Of a DNA stretch of 64,000 nucleotides, positions 42,071-56,320 are shown piece by piece. The stretch is from Eledone cirrhosa (Eukaryota), in assembly GCA_964016885.1 (NCBI GenBank), contig OZ024742.1, positions 61,566,001 through 61,630,000 on the forward strand, given 5' to 3'. A program made the translations under genes and the position numbers. The first letter of the stretch is position 1; each line of letters opens with the position of its first letter. The notes under the pieces are model-generated. The model was not told where the DNA came from and did not search any database. It saw only the letters and a list, made by a program, of their open reading frames with translations.

Positions 42071-42194
42071 CAGTCAGGCACCTCATAAACAGTTTGTGAC
42101 AAAATAAACTGGCAAAAAAAGCTTTTATAAACAAGTGAAAAATGACAAACTTACTCAAGCCGACACGAACATGTCCGTATAAAGCAATGACAAT

Positions 42195-42530
42195 AATAAT
42201 AATAATAACTGTTTCTACTTTTGGCACAAGGCCAGCAATTATCCCAGTTCATTACTGGTGCAATATTTTATCGAACTCGTCGGGATGAAAGGCAAAGTCA
42301 ACCTCGGTGGGATTTGAACTCAGATCGTAAAGGGACGTAACTATGCTGGAAAGCATGGCGTCCAACCCTCTACCGATACTGCCAATAATAATAATAATTG
42401 TTTCTACTTTTGGCACAAGGCCAGCAATTACCCCAGTTCATTACTGGTGCAATATTTTATCGACCTCGTCGGGATGAAAGGCAAAGCTAAACCTCGGCGG
42501 GATTTGAACTCAGAGCGTAAAGGGACGTAA
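42195..42530 (-). mobile_element. Two tandem Nin-like SINE copies
   Basis: Reverse complement of the 31971 SINE twice, each with an (ATT)n tail. Confidence 0.8.
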
Positions 42531-42562
42531 AGAAGAAGGGGAGGAGGGGGGAGGAGGAACAC

Positions 42563-42596
<34 letters not shown>

Positions 42597-44411
42597 TACA
42601 CACACACAAACGTACACACATATATGTGTGTATGTGTATATATATATATATATACTTCTAGCCATTATTGACAAACATACATATATACATTCATATATAT
42701 ATTGGGGGGGGGGGTATGTGAGTGTGTGTGTGTGCATGTGTGTATCTGTGTCTGTACGTGTGTGTGTGCGTGCACGTATGTTTGTAAATATGTTTTGGTT
42801 AAAGATTTCACTTTGCAACCACGCAGCTTCAGATTCAGTTACACTATGTCTCCTTGAGAAGTGTCTTATAGCGTCGGACTGATAAATACCTTGTGAGTGA
42901 AATTTTGTAGACGGAAACTGTTTGGAAGCCCTTTGTATGCGTGTGACGGTGCTTGTATTTACGTTTGTTGTTTATGTCCCGCACCTTCAGGGTTCTCCAA
43001 AAAGAGATCGATAAAATAAGTAACAGGCTTACAAAAAATATGTAATAGAATAGATATTATCGGCTAAATCGCTTCAAAGTGATGGAGTCATAGGGGCACC
43101 TTACTGACATACGGCGTTTCTTGGGCATTTTTTGTAACTGACAGGGCCCATCTCCAAGTCTAATCATAGCAGATTACTTCCAGATTAGGAGAGTGAGTGA
43201 TGGAGGGGACGTGAGAAAGATATATAGTTAGTAGATAAATCTACCCTAGTAGATTTATCGACCTCAAAAGGATGAAAGGGGAAGTTGACAGATACGGGAT
43301 TTGAAATAAAAACGCAGAGTCGGAACAAATAAGGGAAAGCATTTTATCCAGCGTCCTAACGACTCTGGTGCCAATTCGCCGGCTGTGTTTTTGCGTATAT
43401 GTATATGCAAAACACAGCCGGCGAATTAATACATATCTTGAAGGTAGTTGTGTTCTCCAGACGTTTGTCATCGTCGTCATCGTTGTTGTCGTGGTTGTCG
43501 TTGTCGTCATCGTCGTTGTGGTCATTGTTGTTGTTCTCTACATTCCTTCCGTTTCTCTCATAAATTCATTGAAATATTAATTTCCCGTTTATTGTCCACA
43601 AGAGCACCACTCTACAAAGAGTAGCTACTTCTCAGCTAGACCAACTATTAAATAATTGATTTAGTGCTGTTGAACCTACGCACTTTCCTTTAGATATATC
43701 CGCCATAGATCCGTTTTGTCTTGACGCTTTTGCTGATGTTGTTTATTATCATTGTAATTAATAGAGTGGGGTGGATCGGCAGAATCGTCAGTGAGTGGGG
43801 CATTTAATTATGTCTTGTTAGTTACGAAATCTTTTACGTTCTATGTTCAAATCCAGCCGATATCAACTTTGCCTTTTAACCTACCGAGCTCGATAAAATA
43901 AAGATTCCGTTAAGTACTCGTCAACTAAGCTCTCTTCGCAAATTACTGACCTTATATCAAATTTAAAACCATTACCATTAACTTTTTCTTTCGGGATCGA
44001 TGATAGTAGTAGATCGATGATGTAGTTGTGAAACCTGAGGACGATGTTCCGCCTGTTTCAGTACCTAATTTGATGAATGTTTCTAAAGTACATACAAGAC
44101 CAGAAATTTGGGGGAATGGGGAAACTTAGTCCATTAAATCTACCTCAGTAGTTGACTGGTATTTTATTTTGTCAACCTAAAAAGGGTAAAAGGCAAATTT
44201 AACCTGTTACATATCAACTCGGAACTTAAACAGCCGGAACAACTACCGCAAGGCAACTCGTCGAATGTTTTAATATTTCCTCGTATCCACAGCTCCTAGA
44301 CTGGTTATTTTATCCTACCCTCTAATGCAAGGGTCTGAAACACGTGACTTGCAAACTACTTTCTTTATTTCTCGCCTCTTTCATATTCTTGCAGCAGCAT
44401 CCGTAGCAATA

Positions 44412-44617
44412 TTAACGCTTTAGCATTAAAACCGGCCGTATCTGGCCAGAATTCTCTCACCTCGGGTTGCTCATACTGAGGTTAAGGTATAGTTCTCAAA
44501 GTGAATAACATTAAAATCTTTTAGATTCACTATTATGTGAGATGATTATGTAAGATAAAGGCTTTACCACAAAAATACAATAGTATATATAGAGTAATGT
44601 AAATGGTAAAGGGTTAA
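44412..44617. mobile_element. Possible piggyBac-type MITE
   Basis: TTAA-cgctttagcatt ... aatggtaaaggg-TTAA imperfect TIRs. Confidence 0.45.
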
Positions 44618-45523
44618 GCGTGGCCTACCAACCTAATCCAAATAGATATTCAATTTTAAGATCAGCCAGAGTCTGATCATGTTCCTCTCCAAGAAAGAAT
44701 AGAATGTACTTCAATATTTCAGTCGCTTTCACCTCAATATCAAAAGCTGAAAAGTAAAAATATGTATCCAGTTTTATGCGCGTTTAAAAAACATCTTTAA
44801 TACGAACGTTACTGAAATCTACATCAGTTTGTTTCAGACACACATTGTGGAGGGGTGACTGGAAATCACGCACCCCCTCATCTCACCTTTGGCCCAATGT
44901 GCTTCTTCTCTATGACGTAATGGACCTTTTGAGTTCTTCAATTTGAGACCCCTGCTCTAACGTGTATACAATATGCAATGTACCATTTCCCTTTTTCAGG
45001 GAAATAGAATATGATTTGATGGATATTTAGCTGATATTTCTAGCAGGTCAAGGTTAATAGACTATGAATTTGCTTTGTTAGAGAGCGAGGCAAAATGTAA
45101 CTTGTGTTATAGAATGTACGACCGTCTCCGTGTTTGAGTGCGCGCGCGCGTGTGTGTGTGTGAATGTTTGTGTGTTTTGAGAGAGAGAGAATATCTGTGG
45201 ATATTATTTCCATCTTATTTGTCCTTGTTATGTGTTTCCTGTATGCAATATTTTGTCGATCCTGGTCTTCATCTTGTCGTGAGTTCGATTCCAAGATCGG
45301 GTTGCGTGTCGTGTTCTTGAGCAAAACATTTCATTTCACGTTTCTCTCGTACACGCAGCTGAAAATGTGTACCTTTGGACAAAATATGCCTTTCCTTTGG
45401 ACGACATTGGTGACATACAGAAGGGAGACTGCTGTTCTTCCACAAAAACTCCTTGTCCGGGATTGTTCCTCGCAGGCGAACTTTCTATGTGCAAAGCCCA
45501 TGGTCATTCGTGACCGAAGGAGC

Positions 45524-45595
<72 letters not shown>

Positions 45596-45598
<3 letters not shown>

Positions 45599-46541
45599 AA
45601 TATATTACACAAATAGAAGTGTGTTACACAGTGAAATGTGTGTAAAGAATTATTACAAGTGATTTTTACCGTTACTGTATAGAAAACAATATCTACAGGT
45701 TTTGCAATTAAATAGAAAAAAACCTAAGTCAGAATCAAATCTCTGAAGTAGATTTTAAATTACTAACCTTATAACTATAAGTTAGCTGATACGAATTAAG
45801 TTCGTTTCACCACAGAAAAGTGCAGTTTAACAGCCACAGGTTCATCAGTCAGCAAATGCGGATTCTGTTTACTACACATCTAGCCTCATGGATAGAGAGA
45901 AAGCTAATATACACGCTGCCCAGGGTAGGGCGAAATCACGTGTTATTTGCATCAAATAACGGTTCTCATGGATTGGGGAAAATGCTAGAGAGAGAAGCCC
46001 AACCATTCGAATTTGTTAGCTCAACAATTTGGAGCTCGTTAAGTATACTAGGATCGGAATTAAGAACATTCCGCAGTTCACAGTAATAATAATAATATTA
46101 GCTCAAAGAAGAATAGAGAATTTTCTTCTGAGCTCAGATACAAATATATTACACAAATAGATGTGTGTTACACAGTGAACAGAATCCGCATTTGCTGACT
46201 GATGAACCTGTGACTGTTAAACTGCACTTTTCTTTGGTGAAACGAACTTAATTCGTATCAGCAAACTTATAGTTATAAGGTTAGTAATTTAAAATCTACT
46301 TCAGAGATTTGATTCTAACTTAGGTTTTTTTCTGTTTAATTGCTAAACCTGTAGATATTGTTTTCTATACAGTAACGGTAAAAATCACTTATAATAATTC
46401 TTTACACACATTTCACTGTGTAAACACCTCTATTTGTGTAATATATTTCTATCTGAGCTCAGAAGAAAATTCTCTATTCTTCTTTGAGCTAATATTATTA
46501 TTATTACCGTGAACTGCGGAATGCTCTTAATTCCGATCCTA

Positions 46542-46543
<2 letters not shown>
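45596..46543. mobile_element. Compound tandem-plus-inverted PLE-like mini-element with two hammerheads, in (TA)n
   Basis: 45596-45870 is inverted at ~46178-46445; 46047-46160 is inverted at ~46428-46543; direct unit ~545 bp. Confidence 0.8.
46194..46262 (+). ncRNA. Type I hammerhead ribozyme (second copy on minus strand 45785-45853)
   Basis: gctga-CTGATGA-acc...ggt-GAAA-cgaa(cttaa)ttcg-TA-tcagc. Confidence 0.85.
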
Positions 46544-46597
<54 letters not shown>

Positions 46598-46601
<4 letters not shown>

Positions 46602-47089
46602 GGAAAAAATGAAACGAAATTTCATTTCTCACTCTTAGTACGGCTGTTACTTAAATATAAGTATGTATACGTACATACATATATGTATATAGACGTACAG
46701 AAGTATATAGATATATAAATACATGCACAACATATATATATGTACGTATGGATTTACCGAACATTTATTATAATGCTCGGTTTGTTTGTAAACAAACATC
46801 CCGAATTAAGCCGTACAGTGTTTAGCAACTAACGTTGCCTTTTTGTTCAACACTGACAAAGCTAATAAGCTTGAAACTAGTACATCGTTCCTTTGTCAGT
46901 GTTGAACAAAAGGGCAACGTTGGTTGTTAAACACTGTACGGCTTAATTCAGGATGTTTGTTTACAAACAAACCGAGCATTATAATAAATGTTCGGTAAAT
47001 CCATACGTACATATATATATGTGTGCATGTATGTATATATATACATACTACTGTACGTCTGTATACATATATGTATGTACGTATACATA

Positions 47090-47095
<6 letters not shown>
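46598..47095. mobile_element. Fold-back element of the 23.9-kb family, inverted inside the hammerhead
   Basis: Arms ~46659-46861 and ~46891-47095; spacer ctaataagcttGAAActaGTAcatcgttc. Confidence 0.8.
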
Positions 47096-47145
<50 letters not shown>

Positions 47146-47149
<4 letters not shown>

Positions 47150-47445
47150 TAAAAAGGAAAAGAAAATGCTGACTAATTTTTCCCAGTGAAAAATAGTTTA
47201 ATTAGGAATAAGTATAAATTAATAATAAGTATTGGTTAGTATTCAGTTTTAGTTTTAAGTTTTTACTTAGAAATGCGCAACCGGTAAAAAACTTAAAACT
47301 AAAACTGAATACTAACGAATACTTATTACTAATTTATACTTATTCCTAATTAAACTATTTTTCACTGGGAAAAATTTGTAAGCATTTTCTTTTCCTTTTT
47401 ACTAATATATCACAACTCGTGTGTCACACCTCTATTTTTTTTAAA
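47146..47445. repeat. Fold-back element of the 26.1-kb family
   Basis: ~120-bp arms, spacer ttagaaatgcgcaaccg, and the same gtgtgt.acacctctatt tail. Confidence 0.8.
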
Positions 47446-47829
47446 TATATATATATATATATATACTGAAAAATTGAACGGGAACAAAACAGAGAGGCAG
47501 TACATATATATATATATATTAATAATTATATAGTTTACGCAACAATACATGAAAGAAAAACGTAAAGCAAATGTTTTAAAATATTGCCGAAGGAGGGTGA
47601 AAGCGGAAATCGATTGCTTAAACTTTTATTCTGAGTTAATAAATATATCTATTTCTTCGTTTATTTCTCATTCTATTTTTTAATGAAAGACTAATGCCAG
47701 AAACGTTAAAATATCGTTCTATATCAAGCGTTAAACAAATATATATCTTCATTCCACTGTTTCATTTTGCTGGGTTGTATCTCTGTTTGCTTTTCGGAAA
47801 CATATGTATATATATATATATTTATATAT

Positions 47830-49762
47830 ATTCACTTTTTCTTTAGTCTTTTTGCGTCCCGAAGGAGCATTGGGTGATGTATATATATATATATATTTCG
47901 TTTTTGAATTTGTTTAGCAAGATTCCTTATCTGAAAACGTGTGTTGAAACCGATATTGTTATACTTTGGGAGGGTCATGTTGCCAATAAGAAACTAATAA
48001 GAAACACACGCACCAGTTGTTATAAATTTCCGATTGGTTGGTTCTATAACCGGATGGTTGTTCACATATTGTCAAAGTTCTTTTGTCACACATTCTGTGA
48101 CCTCTTCAGTGACTGGGGATTCTTTTCTTTATTTTTTAATTTTTTTTTTTTTTTATTTATTTATTTTTTTTTTTTTTTTTTTTGTGCCTCTCCTTTGTTC
48201 TGTCCAACGCCATCTTGTTTTTGTGTGTGTTGTGTCATTAATTTGCGCATGTTACATCCGGGTGTCTGTGTGTGTTTTTATTTGTTTATTTATTTGTTTA
48301 TTTACATGTCACTAGTTGGTTGGTTGTTCTATGTGTGTGTGATATATATACATATATACATGCATACATATATAAGCATTTTTATTTTTGTGTGTGTCTA
48401 TGTTTTCATTTTGTCCTTAATTATAAGTTGTGGTGTTGCTATTCCATTCATGTTTCCTATTTAATTTTTGTTGGAGTTCATTTATGTTTATTGCCTCTGT
48501 GATTTGTTTGAATCTACACATTGCGTCTTTTCTGTGTGTAGATTCTCAATGTTTTCCCTATGTTCTCTAATTTTCCCTTATGTTCTATTTTAGCATGTTG
48601 GTAAAGTATTGATGAGTCTTTTCTATCTTGGAGTTCTCGCCAGTGTTCATTTATCCGTTCTCCTATACTACGAGCTGTCTCACCTATGTACATTATATTC
48701 TTATTTTTACATTTTCCCTCAGTACATCTTATGTTATATACAATGTTTATAGTTTTACAGTTAATATGGGGGCTTAGCTTACAGATTATGCATGTCCTGT
48801 CTATACAGAGATGTCTTTGAAAAGGGTATGTATTACTAATTAGTGTTTTTAAGGAGGTACCTGGTCTTTCCACTATCTTAATATTTAGTTTAAGTTTATC
48901 TAGGGCCCTTCTAAATGTGTAAGCTAGTTCACCTCTAGAGGTTGTATTAATGAACATTACACTCAGGTATTTATTGCTATAATACCATGAGTTTATTTTA
49001 TTAACCTTATTCCTAGTTCTTTCTATTCTATTCCAAAATTTGCTCCTATACAAGGGGCAGGTCCCATTTGTATCATTATCTACCATTTTTTCCCATTTGG
49101 TTCTGGCTCCTATATACTCTGATTTTATCTCTCTGATTGTAGCCAGAGAACTACATGCGGTGGATGAAGTGTTGTATGTGTCTCTCTAATTCTTTGGGGT
49201 TGCATATGCGGGACATGCTCCTCATCACACTTACTAAATCCGCAATCAGTCTGTTGATTTTGGTGTGATCCGAAACAGCTGAGTTTCGGTGGATCAGGTA
49301 TTTGGAAGTCATTAGTTTGGCATAATGGAATGGAGGATTTGTTTTTTGTTATTAATGGTTTCTAGTACAGGTAATCGATGGTTGGGGTGTTTGCTTGGGT
49401 AGTCTATAGTAACTTTGATACTCTGGTGGATGGAGGTAGCGATTTGCTGGATGCTTTCCATGGTGTTTTTCTGTAATTCCTGACTGTTCTCTAGTGGGGT
49501 TGTTTTTACTACGATGTTTATATCATCAACGTAGCGGGAGTACATAACCAGGGTTAAAAGATTGTTGTCTTCTAATTGTTTCTTAAGCTTTTTGTCCCAC
49601 CATACCATAAATAGGTTAGCTATGTCGCCTGCAATGCGAACGCCAATGGCTGCTCCCTCCTCTTGGGCTTATGTTTTTCCATTAAATTTGAACATATGTT
49701 CCTTAAGGGTTAGTTTTATACTGGCCCCCACAGCATGTGCAATCATTTTTTTAGTTCGTCAT
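47830..49762 (-). mobile_element. Penelope-like element, 5'-truncated: RT (49312-49760) and GIY-YIG (48514-49086), disrupted
   Basis: [66 protein letters not shown]. Degenerate hammerhead near 48071-48113. Confidence 0.85.
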
Positions 49763-49805
49763 GGTTTATATATATATACACGTATGTATATACATATGTA
49801 TATAC

Positions 49806-49957
<152 letters not shown>

Positions 49958-50002
49958 GTATATATATACATATGTATATATATATATGTATATGTATATG
50001 TA

Positions 50003-50045
<43 letters not shown>

Positions 50046-50100
50046 GTATATATATATATATATGTATATGTATATATGTATATATATATATATATTTATA

Positions 50101-50137
<37 letters not shown>

Positions 50138-50142
<5 letters not shown>

Positions 50143-50503
50143 ACAATGGAACGGGAACAAAACAGAGAGGCAGTACGAACAAAGGTTTATTAGTTTCACG
50201 CTCTTGGGAGTGGGGGGGCGTTTCGGGCATAAGCCCTTCTTCAGGCGAAAAGTATGTGGGAAGAGAGTTCCAAGGGTGTGTAGGGGAGTGGGGGAGAGAC
50301 ATTTAGAAAAGAGGGGGTGAGAGGAAACGGTGGAAGTGGTACAAATGAAAATAAATATGGAAAAAAATATGAAAAAATAATAATAAAAATAAAAATAAAC
50401 ATGAAGATAAACAAGTGGTGGAAGGGTGTGGGGCGTGTAGGAGTGGTGGCGGGTGGGGGGGTCCGAGCAGGGAGGGCTGAAGGTGGTTTGTGTATGTAGG
50501 TGT

Positions 50504-50550
<47 letters not shown>

Positions 50551-51912
50551 AATGTGAGAGTTGAGGGAAGAACGGGGTTCCATGTTCAGGAAAAGGTGTG
50601 TGTGGGTGGGGTGTAGGTTGGTGTGTGTATACGTGTGTGGATGGGGAGGGATCAGAGGTGTGGGGGTAGAGGATTCATGAAGCTGAGTGTGTAATTATGT
50701 GGGGGTACGCACGTGTGTGTGGTGTTTATACGTATAGTGGATGTAGGTGGCGTATGGGAAAAAAAATGTTTGTGAGTGTATGTCCGTGTGTAAGTTCCTA
50801 AGGTAGTTCCGTAGAGGGTGTGGTGGGATGCCGGATATTTTCCTTGTGGTGGAGTTGATTCGTGGAAGCGAGGTCCAATGTGTATAATCCGTGGTTGGGT
50901 TGGTCGGAAGAGGGGAGATGTGGGATGCGCGCGCAACAGGAAGTGATCAGAGGGTCAAGGCAGAAGGAGGGTTGTGTGTCTGTGTGTGCGGAGAGGTGGT
51001 CAGAGGGTCAGGGCATAGCAGCAGTACGGGAGAATGGCAGGTGGAGAAAGTCAGTGTGTCAGTGTGTGCGGAGGTGCGGTGGACGGGGGAGAGGATGGGT
51101 AGGTATGAAAGGCGGAGTGGGGAGTGTTCGTGCGGGGGGGTGTATTGTAGAGGTGTTAGTGGGATGTGTGTGTGTGTGAAGGGGTGTGGGTGGAGCGGGG
51201 AGAGGGAGAGAGGTGTGGGGGACGATGGAGGGTGTGTGGTGTACTGGTGTGTGTGTGCGTGTTTGGATGAGTGTGTGTGTGGTGAAGGGGGTGTTAGTGG
51301 GTGTTACTATACTGGTGGTGAGGAAAGGGTTCAATGCGGGTGTGTTAGTGGTGTTAGTGGGGGATATGTGTGGGGGGGACAGGGCGGTCGAAGGCTAAAG
51401 GAATAGGGGTGGGGAGTTCAGGCCGGGGGAGTGTGGGTCTGTAGGGTGAAGATGGTGCGTTGTTCGACCCTGAGGAGGGTGGCGGGTGTACCGTTGCATT
51501 GGAGTAGGCCACAGACTGTGAGATGGTGCGCGGAATGTCCAGGGGAGCCAAAGTGGCGGGCGATGGGGGAACTACCGTCGACACGAATATCACGGAGGTG
51601 TTCGGTAAAACGGTCCGCCAGGCGACCTCAAGTCTGTCCGACGTAGGTTGCGCTACACCTCGTGCAGCGAAGTCCATAGACTAGGCTGGAGGAGGTGCAG
51701 CGGAAGGCGTGCCGGACAGAGAAGGAGTGGCCGTTGGGACCCTGGAAGGTGGTGGTATTGGTGATGTGGGGACAGGTGTTGCAACGAGGCCTGGAACAGG
51801 GAAGGGAACCGGGGGAGCGTGGGTAGGGGGTAGGGAGATGCGGACGAGGAGGGTGCGGAGATTGCGTGCGCGTTTGAAGGAGGGGAGTGGTGGGGCTGGG
51901 AAGATGTGGGAT
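50138..51912 (-). mobile_element. Penelope-like element 3' part: GIY-YIG, C-rich 3'UTR and pLTR
   Basis: [13 protein letters not shown]...[31 protein letters not shown]; CTGAAGA-agggc(ttat)gccc-GAAAC at 50220-50244. Confidence 0.85.
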
Positions 51913-51976
51913 ATATATATATATATGCATATATACGTATTTATATATATGTATATATGTATGTATATATGTTATA

Positions 51977-52010
<34 letters not shown>

Positions 52011-52011
52011 C

Positions 52012-52082
<71 letters not shown>

Positions 52083-52086
<4 letters not shown>

Positions 52087-52728
52087 TAAAGTGCTCCTTC
52101 ATCAGTGATCTTCCAACCATCACAAGTATTACTTCGCTTTAAAGACCATATACCTCCGGTTGGTGCGAGCAACGGCTAAAAAAAGTCGTTGGGACACGTA
52201 AATAAAGGGAACAGCGAGAGTGAAAACAAATAAAGATGGTGAAGCAACGAAAAGTGAGGAAGAACGAGTCAAGTCCCAAATTTCCATGAATATAAGTTCG
52301 GTGAAATCGTGAACCAGAGAGAATAAAGACCAACAAAGCTGGTTGGAATGTGAGCAAGGAAGGAATTCCATACAGGTCTAACGGGAGGAAGAAGGAATCT
52401 AGTCTGTGAATTCGGTGACCATAAGTTCTGTGAAATCGTAGACGAGAGAGAGGAAAAAGGCGAACCAGCCTGACCAAGCGTGCGAAAGAAAAGAATTACG
52501 CCCAGGTCAAACGGAAAGAAGGAGGAGGAGGAGAGGTAGTAACAGAGAGTGAGTGAGTGAAGGGTGAGGAAGAGGCTAACAGAGAGAGTGACTGTTAGAG
52601 AGAGTAAAAATACAGAGAAAGAGGAACGAAATAGACGGGTCACAGCGGGGGAAAAAATATGTGTAAATATGAGAATAAACGTGCTGCGTGGTTGTAAATG
52701 GGTTACATATGAATAAAGTGGTCCATGG
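52083..52728 (-). mobile_element. Diverged member of the permuted-hammerhead non-coding family (unit ~627 bp; motif at 52090-52197)
   Basis: ccaacc-g-GA-ggta-TA-tggtctt..gcgaa-GTAA-tact-tgt-GA-t-ggttgg-aagatca-CTGATGA-agga. Body resembles 13500-13730; gaataaagtg repeats at 52084 and 52711. Confidence 0.7.
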
Positions 52729-53230
52729 CCATCCAAAATCACCGGGAGAGATGACCCCTTAGCCTTTGTCAACGCAGAATTCTCGGAGAAGGAAAACTCT
52801 GATATAACACCTGCAACCCTGATGGTATCCAATGATGTTGACTTGTTATTCTTTTTGGTGAATATCATCTTGGTTGAGAGAGTGGGACTGGCTTTGTGCA
52901 GTGCCTTTGCTCACTATAAAAGCTTCACGGCACAAGCATTGCTTTATATCTGGAGATCTCTCTGCACTTGTCGTTACGTGGTACCATCGGCCCAGCACTA
53001 TGTGTCAATAGTTGTCACAAGTGTAGTGTTTGTACCAGAGTGTTCAAGTCGCTGGCTGGACTAAAAAGTCACACTCGTTCAGCGCATCGGTAGGGGTTCT
53101 CCTACATGGATATAAAGTAGTGACCGTACTCGAAAACGAGTGGGAAGCCACCATATATATATATATATGCATGTGTATATATATATATATATGTATGCAT
53201 GTGTATATATATATATATATATATGTATGC

Positions 53231-53311
<81 letters not shown>

Positions 53312-54410
53312 AGGAAGAGAGAAACTTTTAAGATACTGTTGTCCAATCGTCCGAGATACTTTAGACAATATGTATCTATCTCACCCACATCCTACCTACT
53401 CACTATCTACATCCTACATTCGCTTTTCATCCTTTTCCTTCTTCATTCCTCTTCTGACAAATTTGGCCTTCATTATTAAGCGACATTCAAATCAAAGGTA
53501 TATCAAAATTAATGGAAAAATCTTGCAAGACAATGGATGTAATGTGGCTTGGATTACTGACAAACAAACGACAGATAGGCAGAACGAGAGAAAGTGAGAG
53601 AAACAGACACAGATAGAGACGATTACACGCAATTTCTAGCACCCACCATATTGTCTTTGGAACACGTTTCATTTAGTGATACAGTATATACAATATACGT
53701 AGGCGACTGTCTACGATTTAATGCCAAATGTGTCAGCCATCAAGTTTATTTACTTAATGATAGATTTTTCCAAAACGACTTCTGCGTTTCGATGAAGCAT
53801 TTTGCGTGGGCGTTGTGTATATTATTTCTCAATGGAAATTGTCTACAGTAAGTTATATTATTGTGTGAGTGGGTGTGTGTGAATGTTTGCGAAGGAACTA
53901 ATGTGAATGAGTGAAAGGCAGAGAAACAATGGGGGTGTGGATGCATGAGAGAGGGAGTGAGTGTGGTTGTATGTGCGAGTGTGTAGAGAGAAAATATTTC
54001 GTATACGCATGTTCGTGTCTGTAGGTGGGAAACCGCAATATATATATATATATATAGGGGTGGGGGTAATGAGTATTTGTATGTGTGTGTATATATATGT
54101 GTGTGTGTGAGAGAGAGAGTTCAGGTGTATTTATGTTTGTGTATGAATGAATGTGAATATGCGTGGGAAAGAGAGTGTGTGTGTTATTTCAACCGGGAAA
54201 GCGTCTATGCTGAGATATATTTGTTCGGTAAATAGGTGTCAATGTCACTGTGAGTGTGAGTGTGAGTGTGTGTGGGTGGTATGTGGGTGGTATGTGTATG
54301 TATGAGAGAGAGTTAGAGAAAGTGTGAAAGAAAGAGAGGCAGAGTGAGTGCGTGAGTATATGTGAGAAAGAGCGAGAGAGGAGTGTGTGTGTATGTGTGC
54401 GTATGATGTT

Positions 54411-54730
54411 CTCTCGGGTCCCAAATAATAGGGGGTGGAATAACCGCGGCGGGGACGGGGTCGATGATATTTCTAGATTGTCAACGTTGATTTTTTTTTA
54501 TAAACCAGAATTAGCCGTTTAGTTTACATTTTGAGATCCCAACCCATCCTATTTATTTTATAACGGATGAGATTTCTAGTAATTTTTGTCATGTATAATG
54601 TAACTGTCGCAGAAATGCTACAACTTAAAATAAAATTTCGCCGGAGATAGATTAGCAAAGTTTAATAAGCGGGGGGGGGGGTCTGAAAATTAATAAGGGG
54701 GTCGGGGGACGATTATTCGAGACCCGAGAG
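54411..54730. mobile_element. MITE with ~19-bp TIRs (Tc1/mariner/pogo-like)
   Basis: ctctcgggtcccaaataat ... attattcgagacccgagag followed by TA. Confidence 0.6.
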
Positions 54731-54882
54731 TACATTCCTGCCGAATTCGACGTAGGGACAGGCATTAATACATAACAGTTGGTAAATGGTAAGTAAAATA
54801 ACAAATCACAGGAGTTGGTAAAACTGTATAAAATTAACAGAAACAAAATTAAATTAAAGACCATCTTAATACAAACACATGC

Positions 54883-54932
<50 letters not shown>

Positions 54933-55110
54933 AGGGGTATGTTGTGTGTGTGTGTATGCATACATATATATGTGTGTGTGTGGCCATATATGTTTATCAC
55001 TATACATATGCGAAACGTAAACGGTAAGAACACAACAGACGTTCAAGTACAATGAATATATATATTAGTTTCACGCTTAATACACGAGAAAAATCATGTG
55101 TGTGTGTGCG

Positions 55111-55235
<125 letters not shown>

Positions 55236-55865
55236 ATGTATGTATGTCTCTGTGTGTATGTCTCTGTGTGTATGTCTCTGTGTGTATGATTGCCCACAAG
55301 TCGTTACATATTTGTGCAGCAATTGATATACAAACTTGTGACTGTATACTTATTTGTACCTGCGCTTATTCGTTGATATAAAAATTTGTGTTTGCATATG
55401 TATGCGAGTGTGTCTCTGTATTTCTATGTATGCGTGTCTATAAGTGCTCCTATGTGTAAACAAACTATTTGATATATCGCGTATCTCACATTCGTCGTAA
55501 TAAAAGATGTGGGCGTTATGATAATAATGTTTATTTCAGCCATTTTTTTTTTTGTCTTTACTTCACTGCTATTAATCACAAGTGTGCAAGTGTGTAATAG
55601 GAACAGCAATAGAGAAGAGAAACTAAGAGAATTGACAGAGTGTCAGAGGAGTGTAGTAAGAGAGTAGTAAAAGTGTTATATTTACCTCCTTCGTTATAAC
55701 TACCTGTCTACTAACGTAGTTTATCATTGATGGTGGCTGTTGGCTGTTGGATAATTAGGTGGTTCACTAAATGATCAATGTATTCGTGCTGATAGTGATG
55801 GTAGTGCTACTGGTTATGGTGAGGATGACGATCGTTACGACGACGACGATGATCATTATGGTGGT

Positions 55866-56320
55866 AATAATAATTGTTTCTACTTTAGGCACAAGGTCAG
55901 CAATTTGAAGGGGAGGGGAAAGTCGACTAAACCGACCCCAGTCCGTGACTGGTACTTTATTTTATCGACCCCGTAAGGATGAAAGACAAAGTTAACCTCG
56001 GCGGAATTTGAACTCAGAACGCAAAGGACCGTAACTCTATACCATAAAGCATGTTGTCCGACACTCTACCGATACTGCCAATCCATGGCAATAATAATAA
56101 CATTGATGAGACAACGATGATGACGATGATAATTGTTTATACCATTGGAACAAAGCCTGTGATTTGAAGGGGAGAGGAAAGACGATTAAAATGATCTCAG
56201 TGCATTACAGGCACCTTATTTCATCGACCGCAATGAAAGGAATTTGAACTCATAACGTAAAGGGCCGTAACTCTATGCCATAAAGCATGATGTCCGACTC
56301 TCTAACGATACTGCCAGATC
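55866..56320 (-). mobile_element. Two Nin-like SINE copies
   Basis: Reverse-complement SINE heads near 56085 and 56317. Confidence 0.75.

Noticed and set aside
52730-53150. Possible host exon
   Set aside because: No recognisable domain, stops in the frames examined, and no supported splice structure.
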